Source: Azolla caroliniana (taxonomy: Eukaryota > Plantae > Polypodiophyta). From it: DNA of 64,000 bases. The notes below the pieces were generated by a model. It searched no databases. It saw only the letters and a list, made by a program, of their open reading frames with translations, and was not told the origin of the DNA. The stretch is from positions 15,934,001-15,998,000 of the forward strand of contig JBHGNT010000011.1 of the NCBI GenBank assembly GCA_043228905.1. Reading direction: 5' to 3'. Shown here in pieces: positions 37,752 to 49,599 of the stretch (the stretch's first letter is position 1; the number at the start of each line of letters is the position of its first letter). Made by a program: the position numbers and the translations under genes.

Positions 37752-40700
37752 ATGGTGCCCTCTCGCACCACGAGGTCTCGGCCACCTGCCCGACGCCCTG
37801 AGCCAGTCGAAGGAACTTCCGACTCGGCGGTCACTGACCAATCCTTTCCCGAGCAATCAGAGGCTCCCCCAGTGCAATCCTCACCACCGGACACTCAATC
37901 GAGAGTTGATTTCCCACCACAACCCCCGCCAAGCCCTCCGGAGGTCACTCAACCGGAACTAAACCCTTTCCCGGTGCTACCAGAAGACCCAGAGTACATC
38001 ATGTCGTACCCATACCCACGTTACACCGACGGACCAGACGCGGAGTCACACATCCGTGCCTTCATATCTACGTGGCAGGCCAACCACTCAACGCACCGCC
38101 TCACGCCAGCCGAAATCGATGCCTCAAAGATTGCCGAGTTCACACTCTCCCTCGATGGACCGGCCGCACGATGGTACTCTCGCCTTGAACTAGGAGAGGG
38201 AACCACCTTCCAAATCGTGCGCACAAAGTTCCTTGAACTCTTTCATCGTGAGGTGCCCAAACGGGAACTGCTCCGGCAATTCTTCTCGATATGCCAAGAA
38301 CTGCACGAAACAGACGCGCAATTCACGATCCGGTTCCAGGATCTCTACAGACAAGTGGCCGACGATGTCTCGGCACAACATATACCGGACACTTTCCTGT
38401 CCAATTTACGAGAGCCTCTCCGAACGACTCTCGCACTTACAAATTTTGCCAACCAAACTATCGAGGAAGTCATAGCGCGAGTCCTCGCCCTCGATCGATC
38501 CCAACACAGCGCGGCCTTCTCTATGACCTCCCTACAGAATGCCCTTCCACAGGAGGACAACCGCTTTCGCCAAGCCCTCCAATGCACAATATGTTCAGGC
38601 TCGGGTCACCTAGCTCTCGAATGTCCTCATCGCCCACAGTGTCCAATTTGCCAATCGCGATCTCACACCGTCGAACAATGCGAGTACAACATGCTCAATC
38701 GCACTACGACCGCACCAGTTCGCCAGATCGAGCCCAGGAACATGTACTCTCGACAGGATGAGTGTATTTCCTATCGAGACAACGATAACGATCGCCCACG
38801 ATCACCGGATAGACGACGTCGGGATGACGATTATCGTCGAGATGACCGTCGGGATCGCTATCGCAACGACCGGAACGACGATTATGATCGTAACGACGAT
38901 GATCGGGATGACAGGTATGATCGGAGGAACTCACGTAACGATCGGCGAAACGGAAACCGCAACTCACGCAACAATAGAAGGAACAACGACAACCACCGAC
39001 GAGATGCTCCTCCAAACGACCAACGGAACACCAATGCACCTCGGACCAACCCACCACCAAACGAGACAAGGAATCAACCGCAACAACTCCCACACACAGA
39101 CCGGGCTGACACCAGCAACTCGGCCAACGTTACGTGTTTTAAATGTAACCAACTCGGCCACTATGCCATGCAATGCCCAACAACTGACCTTGGCAAAGCA
39201 CCTGAGGTGAACAGTATCATGGCCGATGTTCAAACCGTCACTACCCAGAGTAAAGCGCAGACTACACAGTGGCAAATCCAGGATGAAGTCCGTCAGGCAA
39301 CAAAAGAATGGATCGACACGGCCAATAAAAAGAATGTCGTGCGCATGCAAACTGACATGAGAGACGTGCCCAGCGAAGCACCACAAACCTCGGTACCATC
39401 CACGTCGTCGGAGGACGACCAACTATGGGATGTTCTTACCAACTCCCGCATCTCGCTGCCCCTAGATAAACTGTTACCACTCATGCCGAGATTTCGGGAC
39501 ACCCTGGCGGCACTCCAGGCCAATACTAAGCCCGTGACGCCACCGGTACACCTCACCGAAGTAGCCACAGGTCCACCACTCATGGATTCTCAGAACCCAG
39601 CCGTGCGAATGATCATTAAGGGACAAGACCTGCACGGATGCATCATCGACGACGGATCCAGCGTAAACGTTATTAGCGAGTCAACGTGTCACAACCTCGG
39701 CCTGAATCAATGGGAACCATGCCCCTTTTGGCTTCGGATGGCCGACACCCACTCCGTTCGCCCCATTGGTTTAATCCGCCATCTCGACTTCACACTCGGA
39801 GGCCACATGTTCATGATCTTGGCCGTCGTGCTAAGACTGGAGACACAAGGCGCCTACCCAATGTTACTAGGTCGACCATGGTTGCGTACAACGAATATCA
39901 AGCAACATTGGCAACGCAACATGATCTCGTTCCGAAGAGGCAAGACAAAAGTCCGAATCATCACTGAAGAACGAGTCCTCGTGGCCCTCAACACTTCGCC
40001 GTTATACGCGGAAGGGGTCCATATGCTTGACGGTTTGGCCGATGAGGAGGTCGATGACTTCCTAGATGATCATCCCACGATCATCCCTCTCTTCGAAATC
40101 AATACCATACCAACCATCAAGCCACCTAAAGACGAGGAAGTCACGGAGGAATCACCACCCCAAGATGAACCAAATCCAACCACAGTTGCCGAGCTACACC
40201 ATGCTTGGGATGCTTTTGAACGCGAACTCGCCATTTCACAACGAGTCAAAGCATCAACCCTGGAAACCATAAACCTCGGCTTGGACGAGAATCCCCGTAC
40301 GTTACAAATTGCCAATAATCTACCAACCGGAGAACGGGCATCCCTCGTACGATTGCTCACTGACTACCAAGATGTTTTCGCTTGGTCTTACACCAATATG
40401 AAGGGGCTAGATCCTCACTACTACCAACATCAAATCCACCTCTTACCCGACACTCGGCCGGTTTAGCAGAGGCACTACAGGATGAACCCCAACTACGCCG
40501 CTAAAGTCAAAGAGGAAATCGACAAACTACTCCGAGTGGGCTTCATTCGCCCTGTTAAACGGGCCACGTGGTTAAGCCCGATCGTAGTAGTCCCAAAGAA
40601 GAACGGAAAAATCTGCGTCTGCGTCGACTATCGGAAGCTTAACACGGCAACAGTCACCGACGGTTTCCCTCTCCCGTTCACGGACAACGTCCTCAACACG

Positions 40701-42130
40701 GTAGCTGGCCACGAATGCTACAGTTTCCTCGACGGGTTCAGCGGCTATAACCAGATAAGAATGCACCCGGAGGATCAGGAGAAAACCGCTTTCGTCACGG
40801 AATGGGGTGATTTTGTGGCAGAAGTAATGATGTTCGGTCTAAAAACGGCGCCGACTACATTCCAACGCATCATCACTGAAATCTTTCATGACTACGATCC
40901 AAATTTTGATTTCGCCGTGTATGGCCATCGACGGGAACACATGACCCAGTTACGACTCTGCCTGGACCGATGTCGCCAAGCTCGATTGAGCTTAAACCCG
41001 ACGAAATGCGTGTTCTTAGTCACCAACGGCAACCTTCTGGGCCACATTGTCAGTCAAGAAGGCATCGCTATGGACCCGGATAAAGTAAAGGCCATCCTGA
41101 CCGCCCCCGCACCCTCAAACGCAAAGGCACTAAGCCGATTTTTGGGACAAATCCGGTGGCACAGTCGAATGATACGGCATCTGGCCGATTTCGCGACACC
41201 TTTACACGCGGCAGTCCATCGCCTTCCCTTCCAATGGACGTCAATCGAGCACACGGCCTATCAGACCCTGAAACTAATGCTCTCACATGCCCCGATGGTC
41301 CAGCCTCCGGTTTGGTCCGAACCGTTTCATGTCTTCGTAGATGCTTCGGACATCGCCATCGGAAGTGCCCTGATGCAATGCACACCCCCGAATTGGTATA
41401 GGCCCGTGTACTATGCCAGCCGACGGCTCTCGACCGCGGAAAAGAATTACTCCACCACTGAGCGGGAGGCCCTCGGTATGATTTATAGCATCAATAAATT
41501 CCGGCATTACCTCTTGGGCCGGAAGTTTACCTTTCATGTGGATCACTCGACCCTTCTTTATTTGGTCAATAAACAAGCCCTCACCGGACGGTTGGCTCGG
41601 TGGATGCTCCTACTACAAGAATTTGATTTCCAGATTCAGCATCGACCCGAGGTACAACACGCCGTCGCCAACTACTTGAGTCGTCTTGAGTCAGGGGAAC
41701 CGGCGGAAACAACGTACGACGAGCTACCGGACGCCAACCTATTTAACCTGACCATGATGCCAGACGATAACGAAGATGAATGGATCACGGTGATGACCCA
41801 TTTTCTCACTACCGGCTTACCTCCCGAGCACATGCCCCTTGATGCGAGAAAACGCCTAGTAGTGCGTAGCCGGAATTTTTGCCTCGTCTCAGACATTCTC
41901 TACCACAAAGGCTCAGACGGCATATGGCGCCGAGTGATTCGGCAATTCGAGAAGAACGCCGTTCTTCAAGAGGCCCACTAGGGAGTAGTCGGGGGGCACT
42001 ACGCCGGGGATTCCACGGCAAGGAAGGTTTGGCAAAGCGGATTGTGGTGGCCGACAACGAAGAGAGACGCTCATGAGTTTTGCCGGCAGTGCGATTTGTG
42101 CCAACGATTGGGGCAACCAATGGAACAATC
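37752..42130 (+). pseudogene. gag-pol of element B (three CCHC knuckles, protease, RT, RNase H, truncated integrase)
   Basis: Motifs CTICSGSGHLALEC, CPICQSRSHTVEQC, CFKCNQLGHYAMQC, IIDDGSSVN, FLDGFSGYNQI and FVDASD. In-frame stops at 40464 and 41979; the RT YxDD region is deleted; the integrase stops after CRQCDLCQ. Confidence 0.9.
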
Positions 42131-42203
42131 TGTTGGGAGACAGGTCCCTCCGGATGGGAAGGGAGAAGAACAGTGCGGATGAACAAACTCGGCCGAGGCC
42201 GAA

Positions 42204-42646
42204 ACCGTATGAGGAGTACCCGGCTACGGAGAGCCGGATGGTGCAGACCCGGTGAGAACCGGATGAGGAGTACCTGGCTATGAAGAGCCGGATGGTGCAG
42301 ACCCGGTGAGAACCGGATGAGGAGTACCCGGCTACGGAGAGCCGGATGGTGCAGACCCGGTGAAGAACCGGATGAGGAGTACCCGGCTATGGAGAGCCGG
42401 ATGGTGCAGGCCCGGTGAGAACCGGATGAGGAGTACCCGGCTACGGAGAGCCGAATGGTGCAGACCCGGCAAAGAACCGGATGAGGAGTACCCGGCTACG
42501 GAGAGCCGGATGGTGCAGGCCCGGTGAGAACCGGATGAGGAGTACCCGGCTAAGGAGAGCCGGATGGTGCAGACCCGGTGAAGAACCGGATGAGGAGTAC
42601 CCGGCTACGGAGAGCCGGATGGTGCAGGCCCGGTGAGAACCGGATA
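42204..42646 (+). repeat. Minisatellite, 8 units of 54-55 bp, within a foreign (LTR-like) segment from 42131 to about 42688
   Basis: Unit ccggatgaggagtacccggctacggagagccggatggtgcagacccggtgagaa; its gaggagtacc core recurs at 42211, 42265, 42319, 42374, 42428, 42483, 42537 and 42592. Confidence 0.92.
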
Positions 42647-42800
42647 AAGAGACATATTCGTAAATATGTTTTTGAGAGTCCATTGTGGCCAGGCCGACCA
42701 AAGGATACACGAGTAGAACGAAGCACTGGGCCGGGTACAAGCGCAAGCCGCGGGCAAAGAAGTAGAACTCAAAAGCAAGCTGGAGGAATACGCGGCCACA

Positions 42801-43919
42801 ATGGCAGAGAAAGAGAAGGAGGTCCTAGACCTACAGGCCGCGCTCGACAATGCGAAAGACTGGAACCACCGGCAGGAGGAAAGAAATCGCCAACGGGAGG
42901 AGAGAATGATCGCGGAGAATGCTGAGCTGCAGAGTCAGCGTACGACCCTCAAAGAAATGGCTGACGAGTTTTTCATCAAATGCAAGCTACTTTCGGAGCA
43001 AAAAGACGAATTATCTGATTCCTACCTCGCCCTACAAGAAGAGAGAATCGTCAAACAGGAACAAGTCCGGGCCGAGTGTCAAAAAGAATGGGAGAAAGCT
43101 ACCGAAGAGCTCACCAAGCATTACGAGCAGTCTATCCAGCTCGTAACCGCGGACGCAAAGAACACTCAAGCCACCTATGAACTACTCGCAAAGAAGCTTC
43201 AGGCCGAGGTCAATGGCTTAAAAGAGGAATTGGCAGCCGTCCGAGCACAGCCCGGCATGGATGAGACACGCATCAGCATACTGATCGAGAAACAACGCCA
43301 TCACCTCACCAAAAAGGTCGAGGAAACATTAAGTCGCGTAGGAGAAGAATGGGCAGCCCAAGCTGCCGAATTGCATATTTTACGCGCCGATGCCAAGAAC
43401 CGACGGAAGGAGGGCCGCGACTTTTACAAAATGGACGAAGCCAGCATTCAAAACCTCTGTGCAGATTTAACCGAGGATTACCAGTCCTTGGCAAAATCTC
43501 ACACCGTGGCAATCGAGCAAATGCTGGAGGACTTCAATGACGATCATATGTTGTTTCACCTGGAAGGAGAAGCCCTCGAACGAGAACGACTCGCAGCCAT
43601 CCAAACCAGCCCTCCAACGGCCACAGAGCAGAAGGAAGAACCTCCCAGCGAGGAGATCACGGACACGGCACAAAAGGAACTTGCCCCGACCAACAGACCT
43701 CCCGAGGACGCCCACACGGTACCGTATCCAATCGAAGTAGAGGTCAGCCCCCTCGAACCCACACCACCACCAGACGAATCGGCCGCACCTGAGGCGAACG
43801 CCCGAGAGGATATAACACCCCCGGACCAAACTCAACCCCCCGCACCGACAATCCAACCAGACCACCTTGCCACCACCCCGGACCCCGAAAACATCCTCGA
43901 CATCTTAGAAGAGGAATGA
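42801..43919 (+). CDS. Accessory ORF of element B: long predicted coiled-coil plus acidic Pro-rich tail (probably N-truncated)
   Basis: 372-aa open frame; about 260 aa are E/K/Q/A/L-rich and helical, followed by a P/E/T/D-rich tail. The frame continues upstream to about 42690 through one TAG at 42714. Confidence 0.7.
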   Translation: MAEKEKEVLDLQAALDNAKDWNHRQEERNRQREERMIAENAELQSQRTTLKEMADEFFIKCKLLSEQKDELSDSYLALQEERIVKQEQVRAECQKEWEKATEELTKHYEQSIQLVTADAKNTQATYELLAKKLQAEVNGLKEELAAVRAQPGMDETRISILIEKQRHHLTKKVEETLSRVGEEWAAQAAELHILRADAKNRRKEGRDFYKMDEASIQNLCADLTEDYQSLAKSHTVAIEQMLEDFNDDHMLFHLEGEALERERLAAIQTSPPTATEQKEEPPSEEITDTAQKELAPTNRPPEDAHTVPYPIEVEVSPLEPTPPPDESAAPEANAREDITPPDQTQPPAPTIQPDHLATTPDPENILDILEEE

Positions 43920-44936
43920 AACGAGGATCACGCCTAAAAGGCAATTTTTGTAATGTTGTTAGTATTTTGTAAGTCGTGGGTCCGACGGACAAGGTCCTGT
44001 CCCACGGGCGTGCCAGGTGTTGTCTAGAGGACAAAAATGTAAATTAGGAAATTAGCGAACGGCGGTAGTGTAACCGAGTAGGAAAGAACGCCAGCGAGGG
44101 CCGAGTCCGAGTATCACAGGCCACCGACGGCTCGGTTGTGTATTAGGGGAAACGTTATTTAAACAAGGTCGAGTACCTCAAAGAGGGGGTAGAGAAAAAG
44201 TATAGGCGGAAGCACTAGCAAATTCCATCGTAATTAGATACTATTGTAAGGTCATCGGCCATAGGCCGCGCTCTGTAACCCTTTTGCTGTCGCATTAATA
44301 CATATATGTTATTGTGCCCATCTTGCTCTAGGAGTCTGTGTTTTCTCTCGTGTTTTTGAATTAAGTGTCGTCCACGCCTATCAAGATCTCACTAGTGTTC
44401 CATCTCGGATTATTTTCTACCTCACAACGCCTCTGTTTACGAGCCTTCACGTAACACATCCTTTGCTACCGATAACCTAAGGTCTATCGAAGATGTCACC
44501 CAAAGGAACGGGTAACACTCTGCACATACAACTATGCTCAGTAGCATTATTTATACAAGTCCTCGTGGGACTAACAGAAGTACCACGTACTTCAATGCTC
44601 ACATGAGCATCTGACACTTACTACGAGACTATAATTGCCTAGTAGTCTACACTAATACTAGGCTCCCGGTTATTGATTGGATCCGACTAACCGGCTCAGT
44701 TGCTTGCCGGCTCAGTTGCTCACAGCTTACCGATCTGTCTCGCTTGCTGGCTCCAGTTGAGCTTGCCGCTCAACATTTAGTAAATAGTTAAGTCTCCACC
44801 TCCTTTGTAAGTGGTGGTTATAGTGAGAGAACATGGAGAGAAGGTGACTACATAAGCACCTTCTCGTCCTCTTTGTAACTATTGGATGTTTTATTCTCTT
44901 GTTAATACAAATTTCTGGTTTTCTATATAACTATGT

Positions 44937-44937
<1 letters not shown>

Positions 44938-44998
<61 letters not shown>
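44938..44998 (+). repeat. (CT)n microsatellite
   Basis: About 30 perfect units. Confidence 0.95.
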
Positions 44999-45001
<3 letters not shown>

Positions 45002-45984
45002 AAAAGCACACAATTATACTAGTTGTATGTAAAATCTACTTAGTTACAACACTCCTTATTCTCCTCTACCTATCATATGCTTATGTAGGGAGAGGGACAT
45101 CCAGTAATGCTATTAAAAAACCTGAATAAGCATTTGAGGAAATGATCCCCTCATGCGTTAACATCCAAAAATTCCACATGAGAATACCTTTCAACTTCTT
45201 TATATAGGCTTTCACCCCATGTCTATTATCAAACATGAAAGCATTACACATCTCCTCTAAGTAATTCACCCCACCATTATTACTTAGTCCATGGTTGGGT
45301 GGGTTTGTCTCCGTTTAGCCTCGCCCCTCGTTGTATTGGTTCCTATCTCTATCGGTATAAAGAGGAGAGGACGAAAGGAAAGAAGAATGTGGAGGATGAG
45401 CGAGCCAAGATGAAAGTGTCCACGTTCGGAAAACCACTTGACACTTGATGAAGGATCCACTATACATTAATGTGCTATGAGGCGTCGAGATGGGATGGTG
45501 CCTACAAATTACGAAACTTTTTCTCAATTATTCCATAGTGTTTTCCATGTGGTCGACAAAAAGTTGATGCATGTGGAGTTACGTCGGGGAAAATGCGTAG
45601 AAAGAGCTTGGTTCCCTCCAACAATGTGCCTTTAATGTCTCCACTGAATGACTTCTTTGTCCAAGAAAGTTTATAGTTATCCTTGACGCCACAACACCAA
45701 CAAAATGTCCAAGTGTGCTCTTGGAAATCCATGAGTGTGCGTCGGCTTGGGCGGGACCATGGGGGTCTTGGACTAGGGAGTAAAACGGGAAAAGGGAGTT
45801 TATCCCTTACAGCCTCCGAGCTCAAAAGGGTAGGAGCAATGTGCGAAAGATTAACACAATAAAGAACTAGAAGATTCAAGGTTCATGAAACTAATTTCAT
45901 TATAAGGCAAGATGCTACAATATGATTACAATTGCGGCCATTTAGGCCGGACTCAAGCACAACTAGAAGAAAACGACAATGACT

Positions 45985-46039
45985 AGAGAGAGACAGACAG
46001 ACAGACAGACAGAGAGAGAGAGACAGAGAGAGACAGAGA

Positions 46040-46119
<80 letters not shown>
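45985..46119 (+). repeat. Compound (GA)n/(GACA)n microsatellite
   Basis: Directly visible in the sequence. Confidence 0.95.
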
Positions 46120-46122
<3 letters not shown>

Positions 46123-46845
46123 AAACCCTAAACCTTCCTAACTACTACCATGATGACTAAATGAAACCCTAAAGCGAAATAGGGATAAGAAGAAGAAAAA
46201 TGAAAAAGTTCCAATGTTGAGGATTGCGGCACTTATATGAATGAGCTCTTCACTAAAAAAATCGTATGGATTCCTAATTCCCTCATTTCGACCCTACACA
46301 AATTATCCAATGTTTGGATGCAACATTTGAGGCACCTAGAATACTGCCAATCCCAATTAGTAGAGGATTAGCATCCACCACACTAATCTAATGGTTAACA
46401 TGGATTACACCACCACATATCATAATGGGACGTAGTCAATGTGAAATATTGACATGCTCTCTTGATAGATGGTACTATAACTTGTTCTCATTGTCGATCA
46501 TAGTGAGTGGGACTTGCTCGGTTGTTGAATGGTATTTTTTTCCATAAAAAATATGCTACCTTGGTATTAAAATTAACAATGCCAAAGACAATCTACAAAT
46601 TACATACACAATAGTTTCCACTCCACAAGTATCTATCATAAAAAAAAGGACCAAATGTTACCGTACGGGATGTACGGAGAGCGAGGGTGGAATGTTATAA
46701 TGTTGTTTATGTGTATGTGTAAATGTGTAAGTGTAATTGTGAGTGTGAGTAATTACGTATGTGTACACATGCACACGTTGTCGTGAAGAAAACCGTCCCT
46801 TAGCGCAATCGGTGCATAGCGCTCGTGAACCGGCTCTTCACGCGT

Positions 46846-47372
46846 TGTCGTGAAGAAAACCGTCCACAAGCGGAATCGGTGTACTGGAGCGTAGAAACCG
46901 ACTCTTCATGCACGTGCGCCTTAAGGAGATCCTAGGTAGATTTGGTAGGTAGAGAGTAAAGGGGAAATGGCTCCTTCCTTGCCTATAAAAGGAGGGAGAC
47001 GAGGAGAGAAAAGGGGGATCGCGGAGAGTCGAGGACGAAGTGCTGTCGGACTGGGCGCGAAGGCTTCTCTCTCTCTCTCTCTGGTTCGCAGACTCCATAG
47101 CTTCCTTCTGTGCAGGTTTCGGGAGGCTCGCGCTGCTCTGAGGAATGCCCGAGTGCTTCCAGCAGCACCTCCAACCTATTCCTGTCTTTCTGTGCGTTTA
47201 CGAACAGGTATCGGCATCTGTCCGCCGGCCTGTGCGGTTGTAACCGACTTCGTGTCTTGTTGTCTTCATGTTCTTGTTGTTTGTCTTGTCAATACATACA
47301 TACTTCCGTGTCTTTCCGTGTCGCTGTCCCATTCGTGTCTTTGCTTCGAAGGGCCGTGTCCCTGTGAATCTA

Positions 47373-47421
<49 letters not shown>

Positions 47422-47484
47422 TCTTCGGTACAGGGCCCCCGAGGTCCCGCCTCACTCCACGCATCCGCGAGGAATACCTCGACA
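46846..47484 (+). mobile_element. Solo LTR of the C/D clade inserted in the 5' LTR of D
   Basis: TGTCGTGAAG...CCTCGACA with TSD GCGT; absent from the 3' LTR of D. Confidence 0.9.
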
Positions 47485-49599
47485 GCGTGCGTGCCCTTTA
47501 ATGTATATAATAGGGAATTAGGTACATAGGGATATCCTAGGTAGTTAGATTCGGTAGGTAGGAAGTAAATGAGGGAGACGGCTCCCTTCTTGAAGCTATA
47601 AAGGAGAGGGAGACGCGGGGAGAAGGGATCGCGCATTGAGGAGGACGAAGTGCTATCGGACCGTAACCGAACGCTTCTCCTCTGTTTGTTCTCTGTTGCT
47701 CTTCTCTGCAGGTTTTCGGGAGGCTCGCGCTGCTTCAAGGAACGCCCGTGTGCTTCCGGCAGCACCTCCATCCTATCCCCTTTCGTGCGCAGACAAGCAG
47801 GCATCGGCATCTGTTCGCCTGCCTGTTCGGTTGTAAGCGCTCACGTGCTCTGTTGTTTATTTGTTATTCGTTAATACACAAACTTTCGTGTCTCTCGGTC
47901 TCTGTGTCCATTCGTGTCTTCTGCGTTGACGGGCCGTGTCCTTGTGTTCCTTTGCTCATATGCAACCGGGCGTCTCTCTCTTTCTCTTTCCCCTTCTATC
48001 ACCTGCTCTTCGGTTCAAGACCCCGGTGGTCCCGCCTTGTTTCTCCACGCACGCGCGTAGCAACGCGACATATTTGGTGAACCCGACGTGAACAAGGCGA
48101 CAAAGGAGCAGAAGATGAGGGGGTCGGATCTTGCAGAGGCCATGGCTTCGGCCGTGGACCGGATAGTAAGCGCGCGCGAGGGACCGGCGCCCTTGATAGG
48201 GCTATTGAGGCGATCGTCGGTACGATTGGCCGGTTCAGTGGAAAGGATGCCACGAGTTATTTGGCGTCCTACCGGGCGGAGATGTTGATGAGGGATATTC
48301 CGGAAGAGAGGCGTCTTGCCGGATTCCCTCGAGTGGCAATGCCGGGCATCCATGTGGAGGTGCTTGAGGTCCGGGCGGAGAGCCGGACCTGGGAGGAGTT
48401 CGAAGGACGGCTCCTGGAGAAATACGGGCTGGATGACGCGTTTCGACTTTCGAAGCGGGGCTTCATGGAGTGGGTGGAGTCCCCCAACAAAGGAAGAAAT
48501 GCGTCGGTACTCCTCCGGGAGTTTGAGGAACGCTTTGCGCGCCTTTCGGCGCTTGATCGGACCGTTCTGGACACAAGTCGTGTCTTACTGTTTGTCAAAT
48601 CGGTTGACGCACGGGATTGGGAGCAAGTGGGCTCCTTACTGGAAACCAAAGACGGGCTGATGGCCGACTGGGCCGCGGTAAAAAGAGTATGCGGCTGTTT
48701 TGACAAACGATGGGAGTGGGCTGATACAGGGGCGACCGGGGCGGGTCCTATCGCAGCAAGAAAGCTCGAACTGATACCGCAGGCGCGAAGGGAAGAGACC
48801 TGGGAATGGCTCGAAACCGGTTCGGCTTCGACCGGCGTGGTCAGAGGCTCGTCCGGGGGAATAGCTTTGGAGGAGTTGATGTTATGTACACATAACGTTG
48901 GTGAGGGTAGGTCACTAATATTTACATTAGTGAAGGGTATGTTCACTATTATTAAAAAGGGGACTAATGATTGGATAGAATGAATGATATGTGCATGCAC
49001 TATCATGATTTAGACAACCAATGAATAGAGAGCCTTTTAAAAAGGCACATCTATTCAAGGGGCCTAGGAAAAGGTATAAATATGAGGCTTAGCTACCCTC
49101 ATAGGGATCATCACGTCGGAAGGCTGCTGTCGTAGACACCGGTGGTGCGGGCTAGGCTTTCGTCTCGACGATCGTGTTTATCTCTTCCAAGGTATTAGTC
49201 ATCCTAATATCCGGCGGTATGGGACGTCGGTGGTAGGTTGGCTATGTCTAGATCATAGCTCGGGGGTGGTCGGGTGGAACGGGTTCTTCTATCCAATCTA
49301 TTTTCTTCCTTTTTACTTGATTTGGTCTATTGATTAGTAATAGACTCTTAACAGTGGTATCAGAGCTTTTACTAACAATTTTTTTGTTGTTTTGATGTTT
49401 TTTGCGTGTGAGCGAGGGGGAGCTAACAAGGCTCGTCATGATCTTCTCAGGATCAAAACAACACTCTAAACCCGGTATTCTTCTTTTTTGATCTCTTCTC
49501 TTTTTCTATTATGCGTTCTTTATGGTCGAATCAAATTGGTATTACGTTTTATTCTCTTTCTTTCTACCTCCTACTACGCTACGATTTTACTTATTATTA

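Larger units (their letters stand above)
37181..44517 (+). mobile_element. Ty3/gypsy element B (non-chromovirus, Athila/Phygy-like) inserted in the 5' LTR of copia A
   Basis: 500-bp LTRs at 37181-37680 and 44018-44517, TSD CTCTG, PBS-like TGGCACACCTGGT at 37686-37698. Gag-pro 37752-40466, RT-RNase H 40482-41981, integrase HHCC up to about 42130, extra ORF 42801-43919. No purine tract before the 3' LTR. Confidence 0.93.
20313..44775 (-). mobile_element. Ty1/copia LTR retrotransposon A, disrupted and hosting nested inserts
   Basis: TSD TTTAG at 20308-20312 and 44776-44780. 3' LTR 20313-20702; 5' LTR 37060-37180 plus 44523-44775. PBS TGGTATCAGAGC (tRNA-iMet) at 37059-37048; PPT GAGGGGGAG next to 20702. 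Domain order gag (UBN2-like), protease (WYVDSGA), integrase, RT (YKARLVAKG, LYVDD), RNase H (DADWAG, TKHIEV). Confidence 0.95.
20183..45048 (+). mobile_element. Old solo LTR split by copia element A (pieces 20183-20312 and 44781 to about 45048)
   Basis: Joining the two sides at the TTTAG TSD reconstructs a sequence homologous to the intronic solo LTR at 8232-8574. The 3' end is uncertain and no TSD was recovered. Confidence 0.65.

Noticed and set aside
42204-42646. CRISPR-like appearance of regularly spaced repeats
   Set aside because: Units are contiguous near-identical copies with no unique spacers, there are no cas genes, and the context is eukaryotic; it is a minisatellite.
37181-44517. 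Reading element B as a minus-strand element because the better PBS is on the minus strand
   Set aside because: Gag-pol, the accessory ORF and the LTR TATA-like signal are all on the + strand, and the minus orientation has no PPT either.
31589-44775. An independent full-length copia bounded by LTRs 31589-32016 and 37060-44775
   Set aside because: The two LTRs are different subfamilies and share no TSD, whereas 20313 and 44775 share TTTAG.
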